Assembly: GCF_004010195.1 (NCBI RefSeq)
Contig: NC_057756.1
Location: forward strand, 4,906,209 to 4,926,208
DNA: 20,000 nucleotides
From: Chiloscyllium plagiosum
Taxonomy: Eukaryota
Reading direction: 5' to 3'
Shown: positions 11,098 to 19,461 of the stretch, one piece after another
Layout: every line of letters begins with the position of its first letter
How positions within the stretch are numbered: position 1 is the first letter of the stretch
Notes under the pieces: model-generated
What the model was told of the DNA's origin: nothing
Databases searched by the model: none
What the model saw: only the letters and a program-made list of their open reading frames with translations
Program-made: the position numbers and the translations under genes

Positions 11098-11240
11098 TCA
11101 TTTAGTTATGACGTTGGTCTGGGGTGGACAAATCACACGACGCTGGGTTCTAATTTTTAAAAATTTGTTTAGTTGAAAACACAAGCTTTTGGAGTCCTGC
11201 TACAACCCCCTGTCGTGTGATTTTTAAACTCATTTAGTTA
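11098..11240. mobile_element. 121-bp insertion with inverted PLE-like termini and 11-bp target-site duplication
   Basis: Direct repeat tcatttagtta at 11098-11108 and 11230-11240. Inverted aaatcacacgac (11130-11141) and gtcgtgtgattt (11212-11223). Confidence 0.65.
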
Positions 11241-11358
11241 CAAACAAAAGAAATTAAATGAAAAGCAAAATGATGCACTAAATTAACTCGAAGTCAACAA
11301 GCAGAGTTAAAGCCTGCACTGCCACAGCAGTGTGGAAATACTGAAACATTTCACCTAC

Positions 11359-11414
11359 CATTTGCTGTTTGACTAAAGTTCCTTTCGTGTTGTCCCTGTG
11401 TTTGAGCTTCATTC
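11359..11414 (-). CDS. CEACAM-like receptor, cytoplasmic micro-exon 1
   Basis: 56 bp, acceptor attgtttag|G, donor G|gtaggt. Phase 2 to phase 1 fits both neighbours. Encodes (E)NEAQTQGQHERNFSQTAN. Size and frame behaviour resemble the 53-nt exon 7 of CEACAM1. Confidence 0.72.
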
Positions 11415-11593
11415 CTAAACAATTGTGGTGTGACAGAACAAAATATCAACTGCTGAGGGGGAGTGTCATGTCAAGAAGTAGATCAAAACATAAAATTATG
11501 TTCATTAATGATTTCTTATTAAGGAACATATTTTGCGAATTGGAAGCAACAAATTCACTGAATACTGGCTGACACCCACGTTATGCATAAATA

Positions 11594-11935
11594 CTGTAAG
11601 AACATAAGAACCAGGACAAGGAATTGGCCGTTCCATCCCTTGGGTCTGAGAGCACACGTTTAATACAATCATTGCAGATTGCAGCATGGACTCAACTCCA
11701 CTTTACTGCCCTGTCGTTATAACCTTTCAACTGTTTAAAAATCTGACACCTGCTCCTCAAATTAATTCAGCACCCACCACAATCGGGGGGTAGCAAATTC
11801 CATAGATTCATAGCCCTTTGAGAGAACTAATCCCTCCTTATCGCTGTCTTAAGTCTGTCCATTTGCAGTTTAAAACTACAGCCTCTCATTGTGGAATACC
11901 CCAAAACAGGGAATATCTGCTCCACGTCTTCTTGA
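11594..11935 (-). mobile_element. Old CR1 3' end
   Basis: (taagaaca)2 tail, i.e. ttcttatgttctta on the minus strand, with a CR1-like 3' UTR and ORF2 end. Confidence 0.7.
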
Positions 11936-12285
11936 GCATATGAAACATAAATGAAAGGTTATATATTTAGTTGTTTCTGCAAGTAGCGAAATAAGGAAAC
12001 TTGAAGCTACTGGAAAAGAGAACGATTCTGGCCAAATGTTTAGATTCTCTCTCTCTCTTACAGTTTGAATCGATAGGAGATGCAAAGTCAAATCACAGTA
12101 TCAAAATGTGAAGAGAGACGTTCAAGTTCCTGTGATGTAGTGGTAGTGATCTTAGTTCTGATTTAGCTATGTTTTGGGTCCAACCCCAACTACTCCAGAG
12201 CTGTGTAATAATGCTTCGAAAAATTTATACAATTTTCTATTAACCCCCTCTCCAGGGCACAAAACAAGCGGCCTGAGTTTTACTC

Positions 12286-12862
12286 CAGAGTCGAGAAAAT
12301 GTGGAGCTGGAAAGGCACAGCAAGTCAGACAGAGGAGCAGACAAGTTGACGTTTTGGGTCAGGACCCTTCATCAAGACTTGGGGTGGTGGGGGAGAGGGG
12401 AAGGAAGCTCAGAAATAAATAGAGAGAAGGGGTTGGGACTGGGGGATGGTTGGGATGGTGATAGGTGGATGCAGGTAGTGGGTGATCATGAGTGGTCAGT
12501 GGGATAGGTGGAGCAGACAGGTGAGAAGGAAGATGGAAAGGTTAAGTTGGGTCAAGGAGGTGGGGAGGAGAGGGAGGGATGGGCATTGGATGAGGTTTGG
12601 GGGTAGGGAGAATTTGAAGCTGGTGAACTCTATGGTGAGGCCATTAATCTCCTGAGGCGCCTTTTCCCTCCAGTGTGCGTTGTGGCCTCATTTTGACAGT
12701 GGATGAGGCCTAGGATGGACGTGTCGCCAAGGGAGAGGGAGGGGGTGTTGAAAATGGCTGGCAACCAGGAAGTGGTGTTGATCGGAGCGTAGAGAGCACA
12801 GATGCTCCCCGAGTCGGAGCTTGGTCTCTCCTGATGTAGAGAAAACCACGTCAGGAGCATTA
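12286..12862 (-). mobile_element. Penelope-like element 3' fragment (GIY-YIG remnant, pyrimidine-rich UTR, hammerhead-like terminus)
   Basis: Frameshifted GFLYI/GETKLRLGEHL...FNTPSLSLGDTSILGLIHCQNEAT. Terminal motif agtc-ttgatgaa-gggtcctgaccc-aaaacgtc-aact at 12379-12344. Confidence 0.8.
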
Positions 12863-12929
12863 GAGCAGGTTAGAAGAAGTGCCGTGGAACAAGAAGTGGC
12901 AGAGTTAAATCAGAGTTGAGGAGAAATTG

Positions 12930-13142
12930 CTTCTCTCAGATGGTCAGAGTGCGGTGGATGGTGGGACAGTGAATAAAGTTAAGGAGGAGATCAACAGATT
13001 TTTAATTAGTCGTGGATTGTAGGGTGATGAAGAGTGGGCCGGAAAGAGGAATTGAGGCCAAGGGGAGATCAGCCATTATTACGTTAAATGGCAGAGCAGG
13101 GGGCTAAATGGCCTCACCCTGCCCCTTGTTCTTATGTTCTTA
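12930..13142 (+). mobile_element. CR1 3' end
   Basis: cagagtgcggtggatg...aaggaggagatcaacagattttt, ending cttgttcttatgttctta. Confidence 0.75.
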
Positions 13143-13218
13143 CAGTCCCAGAGTAAGGATATACTATCTAGAAAGGCCTTAATCAATTTGAAATATGCAG
13201 CGAATACAAATATGCCTA

Positions 13219-13527
13219 TAATTACTGAAGTAGACAGGCAAAAGGCTGGGAGAACACAGCAAGCCAGGCAGCATCAGGAGGTGGAGAAGTCAACATTTCA
13301 GGTGTAACCCTCCTTTAGGACTGGGGGTGGGTGTAGAGAGAGGGGGGGCGGCTGTGGGCTGCCCAGGCGGAAAGATGAGGTGTCGTTCCTCCAATTTGCG
13401 GTGTGGTAATGTAGGAGGTCAACATTGACTCCTGGTACTGTCTGGCTTTCTGTGTTCATCCAGCCTCCTGCCCCGTCTAATTTGGATTCTGACATCTGCA
13501 ATTTTTTTCTTCTTCTAATTACTGAAG
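13219..13527. mobile_element. Short PLE-derived insertion with inverted termini and 12-bp target-site duplication
   Basis: taattactgaag at 13219-13230 and 13516-13527. Arms aggctgggagaacacagcaagccaggcagcatcaggag and ctcctggtactgtctggctttctgtgttcatccagcct. Minus-strand KLEERHLIFRLGSPQP-like remnant; hammerhead-like motif at 13322-13288. Confidence 0.75.
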
Positions 13528-13738
13528 CAGAAATAATGGAATAATTTTTTTTTTAAGAAAAGCGTGCTTTGCTGGCCTTGGGCAATGCTATGAGGTGCGC
13601 AAGGAAATTTTAAACACTGCATTTACTTCTAATTACTGAAGCAGAAATAATGGAATAATTTTTTTTTAAGAAAAGCGTGCTTTGCTGGCCTTGGGCAATG
13701 CTATGAGGTGCGCAAGGAAATTTTAAACACTGCATTTA
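13512..13738. repeat. Two-copy tandem duplication (114 + 113 bp)
   Basis: Units 13512-13625 and 13626-13738 are identical except for a T10 versus T9 run. Confidence 0.95.
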
Positions 13739-13739
13739 C

Positions 13740-13863
13740 TCATCCTTCTTCCTTTTGATCATCCACGCACTGATCCCGCTGATCAAACCGAGACTGAGAA
13801 GAACTGCAGTTACTATGGCTACTATGACTCCATCACTTAGTTCGGTGCTGCCAGTGAGTTTGC
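13740..13863 (-). CDS. CEACAM-like receptor, transmembrane exon
   Basis: Acceptor ttttcttgcattttcag|GC (phase 1). Encodes GKLTGSTELSDGVIVAIVTAVLLSLGLISGISAWMIKRKKDE: hydrophobic helix plus basic stop-transfer. LSDGVIVAIV resembles CEACAM1 LSPGAIAGIV. Phase-2 donor GA|gtaaat; read-through gives TAA at 13738-13736. Absent from the ORF track. Confidence 0.88.
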
Positions 13864-14169
13864 CTGAAAATGCAAGAAAACACAATGCTGAGCTTGCCAG
13901 AGATGACTGCATACCAGGAGCAATGTGGAGATGTTTAAGATATCTTCATGTTGTAATATCTGACCAGCTTCGAATTGCAAACGTCCTTGGAATAAAAGTG
14001 ATCATGATCGAAACTTGTAGAGCTCAGCGTCAAGAAATTGAAAATGAATTCCCATGCGACCAGCTAACTGAGTTTCTGTTCTCTTCATCCTGTGATGCGG
14101 TTATTGTTTCTTCCTACAGCTCCTGCCCACAAGTGCAAATGGAAATTTGGCATTTATTTCTAAAGGAAT

Positions 14170-14650
14170 GGAATATGAAAGTAAGGATGTATTGCTGCAA
14201 CTGTAAAAGGCATTGGCGAGACCGCACCCCAAGTATTGCAAACGATTTTGCTTCCCTGACTTGGGAAGGGATGCAGTTCCATTGGAGGCAGTTCAGAGGA
14301 AGTTCACGAGATTGATTCCAGAGATGGGGTGTTTGCCTTATCAAGGGATATTGAACTGTTGAGGTCTACACTCTCTGGAATTTAGAAGGAAGAGAGGAGA
14401 TCTAATTGAGGCATATAAGATACTCAAGGAGGTTGACAAAGTGGATGTGGAGCCGATATTTCTTCATGTGGTGCAACCTGGAATGAGAGGTCCTAGTTTT
14501 AGAATAAAAGATAGCAGATTAAGACAGAGATGAGGAGAAATTGTAACTCTCAAAGGGTCATGAAACTGTGGAATTCAATCCCACAGAGTGCAGTGGATGC
14601 TGAGACATTGAGTAAATTTAAGGAGGAGATAGATAGATTTTTCATTTTAA
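14170..14650 (+). mobile_element. Degraded CR1 ORF2 3' fragment
   Basis: gaatatgaaagtaaggatgtattgctgcaactgta...gagaggagatctaattgaggcatataagata...ctgtggaattc, i.e. the CR1 EYKS...RGDLIE.YK...LWNS motifs. Confidence 0.82.
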
Positions 14651-14654
14651 TTCT

Positions 14655-15142
14655 TGCATGTCCTTGGCAGGGCAGGACAAGGAGTTGAAGTGATCGGTCA
14701 CAGGGCAATGGGGTTGATTGGTGTGTATGTCCCAGAGGGGTTCTCTGAAACATTCCGCAAGTTAGCATCCTGTCTCTCCAATGTAACCACAAGTGATCAA
14801 TGTCAACTTCACCACTTTCCTCATCTCCCCTCCCCCCCCCCCACCTTATCCCATCTCCAACCCTCCAACTCGGCACTGCCGTCTTGAACTGTCCCACCTG
14901 TCTCCACCTTCCTTCCCACCTATCTGCTCCACCCTCTGCTACGACCTATCGGCACCCCCTCACCTTTATCTACCTATCGCCTTCCCAGCTACCTTGCCCA
15001 CCGCCTCACCCCCTCCCATTTATCTCTCAGCAAACCCCCCTCCCATCCCGCCACATTCCTGATTAAGGGCTGATAATTGAAAGATCGATTCTCCTGCTCC
15101 TGGGATGCTGCCTGACCGGCTGTACTTTTCCAGAACCACACT
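14655..15142 (+). mobile_element. Penelope-like 3' fragment with a short inverted 5' piece
   Basis: Minus-strand PVTDHFNS remnant (~14655-14706). Plus-strand INVNFTTF ORF end, C-rich UTR, decayed hammerhead-like attc-ctgattaa-gggc...gaaagatc-gatt (15055-15090) and terminus gatgctgcctgaccggctgtacttttccag. Confidence 0.72.
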
Positions 15143-15348
15143 GATCTCCCTTTCCCCTATAGTAAAACCTTGTTCAGTCTCAAAAGTCGAACAGCCTTCA
15201 GATTATATTGCATTCGGAAAACCTGAGTGATGATTCTTTTGTTGTTAATTTGGGCAGTATAATCTAGATAACGGTTCGAAATGTAAAGGGTAGCTGGTGT
15301 TAGGTTTTTGTAGGTTGTATTGAAGTTTGCAGTAAATCTTTTGTTTAC

Positions 15349-15606
15349 CTTGTACAATCACTTGTACAGTAACGTTGCGGCTTTCCTTGTTAATGATGTT
15401 TTTAGCCTGACAAGTATAATTCCCACTATTATTCCTGCTCAGCGAGTCAATGTTAGAAACTTGTCCCGTGTTTAAAAGTCGACTCCCATTGTACCATCGA
15501 TATCGAGCAGGTGGGATTGACACAGCAGAACAACGTAAGGTAAGCATTTTTCCCACTTCGACTTGAATTAGCCCTGAGGGTGTGATAGAGACATTCTCTG
15601 GTCCAT
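15349..15606 (-). CDS. CEACAM-like receptor, IgC2 (B-type) exon
   Basis: 258-bp phase1-phase1 exon after a 101-bp intron; acceptor tttatttgatag|AT, donor G|gtaaac. The junction makes the CEACAM-typical 'RIN-YGP'. Encodes YGPENVSITPS...LTLRCSAVSIPPARYRWYNG...NNSGNYTCQAKN...RNVTVQVIVQ. 5 sequons. Confidence 0.93.
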
Positions 15607-15707
15607 CTATCAAATAAAGGAATCGAGACAGTCTATGATTTCTATTCAGCCAAAACAATTGCTAACATTGAAAGTAGAAGGATGCTTTAAGCTCCCTTTG
15701 TACTTAC

Positions 15708-15983
15708 AATTAATCCGCAGGATGGTATGCCCGGAATCACTGCTAAAGTTATTGCTGGCTTGGCAATGATATATTCCTGAATCATTTCTGTTCACATTGA
15801 CTATAGTCAGGGTGACATTGTCTGAAGAAAGTAGCGTTCTGGAATTAAACTGGATATCTCGGCTATTTTTGAGCCATTTTCGTGACTGCACAGAACCTGA
15901 GGCATGGCAAGTTAGTAAAACGGTGTCAGTGTTTTCAACTGGTTTTGAATTGTTGACCAACACAAAGACATTGTAAACTGCGT
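15708..15983 (-). CDS. CEACAM-like receptor, IgC2 (A-type) exon
   Basis: 276-bp phase1-phase1 exon with acceptor ttcacag|AC and donor T|gtaagta. Encodes xAVYNVFVLVNNSKPVENTDTVLLTCHASGSVQSRKWLKN...LSSDNVTLTIVNVNRNDSGIYHCQASNNFSSDSGHTILRIN, with Ig C...W...DxGxYxC and the CEACAM A-domain hallmark NNSKPVE. 4 N-glycosylation sequons. Confidence 0.93.
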
Positions 15984-16098
15984 CTGTGAACGAAATGGGA
16001 CATAAGGTTATGCTCTTTTCTCTGCATCATCTGCTGGTCCTTTGTAGGTTCATCAACTTCCTCTTTAATGGGAATCAACTTCAGTTAGATTCAGTGTC

Positions 16099-17004
16099 CA
16101 GAGGAACCTCGATTATCCGAACATCAATTATCCGAACTTCGGATTTTCCCAAGAAGGTCCGCTAAAAACGTTACAGCAAAGAGGTAAGTGAATTTGGATA
16201 ACCTGTACCGGAGAACATGTGAAAATGCTGGCAAAAGCAAAGAAACAGGAATATCTCAAGCATCAGCGACTGTATATTTTTTACGCGAGTGTTAGTTAGA
16301 GTCCTTTGCAAAAGTAAGTGATTTATTCCTGTCAATGTTACTGGCCGTTCATGGAAATCAGAGAAAGTGAGCAGATGTACTTCTGTGTTTCTATCACGGA
16401 AACTAATGTATGCTCTTGTGATTGTAGAAGCTGTTGGGGACCTTGCTTAATGCTGGATTTGTTATACAATATTTATGTGATGGTAAGGGTTTGGTCCTTC
16501 TCAGTTTAACCTGCAATTGGCAGAATGCAAAGATTGGCTGGTTTAAATTAGGCATGATGGCTCAGTGGTTAGCACTGTTGCCTCACAGCTCCAGGGACCG
16601 AGGTTCGATTCCCACCTCGGGCGACTGTCTGTGTGGAGTTTGCACATTCTCCCCGTGTCTGCGTGGGTTTCCCTGTGTGCTCCGATTTCCTCCCACAATC
16701 CAAAGATGTGCAGGTTCGGTGAATTGGTCATAGTCGGGGGTAAATACGGGGAATGGGTCTGGGTGGGTTACTCTTCGGAGAGTCGGTTTGGGCTTGTTGG
16801 GCCGAAGGGCCTGTTTCCATACTGTAGGTAATCTAATCTAAAAATTGCAGACTCATCAAAATTATAGATTTAAATAAACTCTCCAGTAGAGCAGTTTGAT
16901 CAGAACAGCTTCCCTTGTTTAAGATCAAATCAATTATCAGAATAATCAATTATCCGAATTAAATAGTGCCTGCCCATCTGGTTTGGATAGTCGAGGTTCC
17001 TCTG
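16099..17004. mobile_element. Non-autonomous Tigger/pogo-like (Tc1/mariner) DNA transposon with nested HE1 SINE
   Basis: 24-bp TIRs CAGAGGAACCTCGATTATCCGAAC (16099-16122) and GTTTGGATAGTCGAGGTTCCTCTG (16981-17004), 22/24 match. TA on the right, TC on the left; subterminal attatccga repeats. Confidence 0.85.
16551..16841 (+). mobile_element. HE1-type V-SINE nested in the TIR element
   Basis: tggctcagtggttagcac, ggttcgattccc, V-domain, taatctaatctaa tail. Confidence 0.92.
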
Positions 17005-17214
17005 TATACGTCAATAGTCCTGAACCATCTTGTGACACAGTGGTAATGTCCTTGCCACTGAAACAGATACCTAGGCTCAAATTACAACATCCCTGTAACA
17101 GGTAGATTGAGAAATGTCTACGTTTCAACTCTGCCTCAACTAATCTGTGGCTGAAATTCTGCTTTATTCACCTGCGCCCTCTGGGCCTAAGCAAAGTGGT
17201 TCACTCCTGCCCAG

Positions 17215-17415
17215 CATCTCAACTTGCATTTGTCGAGATTTTGAGTGCATTCCTGGGATGACAAGACTGGAATCAAAGGAGAGGTTGAATTGATTAAGAT
17301 TACGCTCGCTCGAATTCAGAAGGAAGAGGGGGGCGTTGGGTAGTCTTACAGAAACCGATAAAATTCTAACAACACTGGACAAGATGAATGCAGGAATGAT
17401 GTTCCCGATGGTAGG
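17215..17415 (+). mobile_element. Short degraded CR1 ORF2 fragment
   Basis: attcctgggatgacaagactg...gagaggttgaat...gaattcagaaggaagagggg...aaaattcta (IPGM...ERL...EFRR.RG pattern). Confidence 0.6.
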
Positions 17416-17508
17416 AGCAACGTACTGCAGATGCTGGAATCACTACTGAAAGCAAAAGAAATGCTGGAAATCACAGCGGGTCAGGCAGCATCTGGGGGGA
17501 GAGAGAGC

Positions 17509-17548
17509 ACTCTAATGTTTCGAGTCTAGATGACTCTTCATCAGAACT
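17509..17548 (-). ncRNA. Minimal type-I hammerhead ribozyme-like motif (PLE-associated, probably decayed)
   Basis: AGUU-CUGAUGA-A-GAGUC-AUCUA-GACUC-GAAAC-AUU: intact catalytic boxes and a perfect 5-bp stem II. The stem III palindrome AACGUU appears CpG-mutated to AACAUU, and the 3' strand of stem I is poor. Confidence 0.62.
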
Positions 17549-17575
17549 GATGAGAAGAGTGGAAGAGGCAGTACA

Positions 17576-17976
17576 GGGCAGCACGGTGGCTCAGTGGTTA
17601 GCACTGCTGCCTCACAACGCCAGGGACCCAGGTTCCATTCCTGCCTTGGGTAACTGTCTGTGTGGTGTTTGCACATTCTCCCCGTGTCTGCGTGGGTTTC
17701 CTCTGGGTGCTCTGGTTTCCTCCCACAGTCCAAAGATGTGCACCCAGGTTCCATTCCTGCCTTGGGTAACTGTCTGTGTGGAGTTTGCACATTCTCCCCA
17801 TGTCTGTGTGGTGCTCTGGTTTCCTCCCACAGTCCAAAGATGTGCAGGTCAGGGTGGATTGGCCAGGGGTGATTATGGGCAATGGATCTGGGTGGGTTAC
17901 TCTTCGGAGGGTCAGGTATGGACTTGTTAGGCTGAAGGGCCTGTTTCCAAACTGTAGGGAATCTAATCTAATCTAA
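17576..17976 (+). mobile_element. HE1-type V-SINE with internal tandem duplication
   Basis: The B-box plus V-domain segment is repeated at 17626-17741 and 17742-17845. Confidence 0.92.
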
Positions 17977-18159
17977 TTTATGCAATGGTGGGGTAATGGG
18001 GGAGAAAGAGTATTGACCATTCAGATTAACTGATCAGAATGCAAAAATGGAAGAACAATGGCTATATCTAACTGCCAAACTGGAAAGAGCAGTCAGTCCC
18101 ACTGAGGTGGGGGGAGGAGGGGGTTGGGAGAGGGGAGAGAGGACAGGGAGACAGAGAAT

Positions 18160-18478
18160 GATTAGATTAGATTACATTACATTACAGTGTGGAAACAGGC
18201 CCTTCGGCCCAACAAGTCCACACCGGCCCGCCGAAGCGCAACCCACCATACCCCTACACTTACCCCTTACCTAACACTACGGGCAATTTAGCATGGCCAA
18301 TTCACCTGACCTGCACATCTTTGGACTGTGGGAGGAAACCGGAGCACCCGGAGGAAACCCACGCAGACACGGGGAGAACGTGCAAACTCCACACAGTCAG
18401 TCGCCTGAGGCGGGAATTGAACCCGGGTCTCAGGCGCTGTGAGGCAGCAGTGCTAACCACTGTGCCACCGTGCCACCC
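18160..18478 (-). mobile_element. HE1-type V-SINE, full-length and young
   Basis: Near-identical reverse complement of the 10746-11063 copy, including the (taatg)(taatc) tail. Confidence 0.95.
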
Positions 18479-18514
18479 ACAAAACGTCCACACTAACCAA
18501 CCCGCTGACATTGT

Positions 18515-18707
18515 CCCTTTCACCTAACACTACAGGCAATTTAGCATAGCCAATTTACCTAACCTGCACATTTTTGGACTGTGGGAGAAAATCCATGCAG
18601 ACACAGGAGAATGTGTAAACTCCACACAGACAGTCACCTGAGGCAGGAATTGAACCAGGGTCTCTGGCGCTGTGAGGCAGCAGTGCTAACAATTGTGCCA
18701 ATGTGCT
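18515..18707 (-). mobile_element. HE1-type V-SINE, partial older copy
   Basis: tRNA head and V-domain on the minus strand; 3' part largely lost. Confidence 0.85.
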
Positions 18708-18972
18708 GACCAATGGAACAAGCAAATCTGAAAGAAAGGGAAGAATTGGGAGTAGGTTCACACTCTTCAGTCCAGCAGGTTACAAAGTGCCCAGTCTGAA
18801 GATGAGATGTTGTTCCCCCATTGCAGCATTGCTGGGGACAGACCAGTGGGCACGCGAGCAGGGCGCTGTGTTAAAATGACCAGCTAGAGGAACGTCAGGG
18901 TCATGTTTGCACATGGACAAGAGGTGTGCTGCAAAGCGGTCACCCAATCTGCGTTTGGTTTCTCCAATCCAA

Positions 18973-19295
18973 TTCTCCTGTCCGTACATAAGCATTACCC
19001 CGGCCTTCTCATTGTCGGTCATTTTAACACAGCCCCCCTGCTTGCGTGCCCACTGCTCTGTCCCCAGCAATGCTGCAACACTCCAGTGAATCACTGTGCA
19101 AACTGGAGGAACAACATCTCATCTTCACACTGGGCATTTTACAACTCCCATTTCTTCCCTTCTTTTTCGTTTTACTTGTTCCAATCTCTGTCGCCCTCTC
19201 TCCATTCCCCTCCACCACCCCCCCATTTGGACTGTCTGTTCTTTCTAGTTCGGCAGCTGGACACACCATTGGTCTGCATTACTCACATTCCGATC
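18973..19295 (+). mobile_element. Inverted copy of the PLE GIY-YIG C-terminus and UTR
   Basis: VGHFNTAP and CKLEEQHLIFTLGILQ remnants. 19017-19078 is complementary to 18822-18880, and ~19220-19295 is complementary to ~18033-18110. Confidence 0.8.
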
Positions 19296-19461
19296 CCTGT
19301 TCACCACCTACAAGGCACAAGTCAGGAATAAGTGCGGCCTGGATGGGGGCAGCCCCGATAACACTCAAGAAACACGACACCATCCAGGGACCCCCACTTG
19401 ATTGGCCCCACATTGACTCCCTCCCACACCGACGCTCAGTAGTGGCAGTGTGTACCACCTA
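19296..19461 (+). mobile_element. CR1/L2-group LINE ORF2 C-terminal fragment
   Basis: YKAQVR...AWMGAAPITLKKHDTIQ...IDSLPHRRSVVAVCTTY peptide pattern. Confidence 0.72.

Larger units (their letters stand above)
17425..18970 (-). mobile_element. Penelope-like 3' end split by three HE1 insertions
   Basis: GIY-YIG C-terminal remnant IGETKRRLGDRFAAHLLSMCKHDPDVPLAGHFN...EQHLIFRLGTL (18970-18780). UTR pieces at ~18710-18780 and ~17977-18160; hammerhead-bearing terminus at 17550-17425. Confidence 0.78.

Noticed and set aside
13755..14315. 186-aa plus-strand ORF
   Set aside because: It is antisense to the TM exon, runs into a CR1 fragment and has no recognisable domain.
15245..15348. Read-through of the IgC2-B exon into the intron as a secreted isoform
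   Set aside because: The frame stays open for 34 codons, but no downstream minus-strand poly(A) signal was seen, so there is no direct support.
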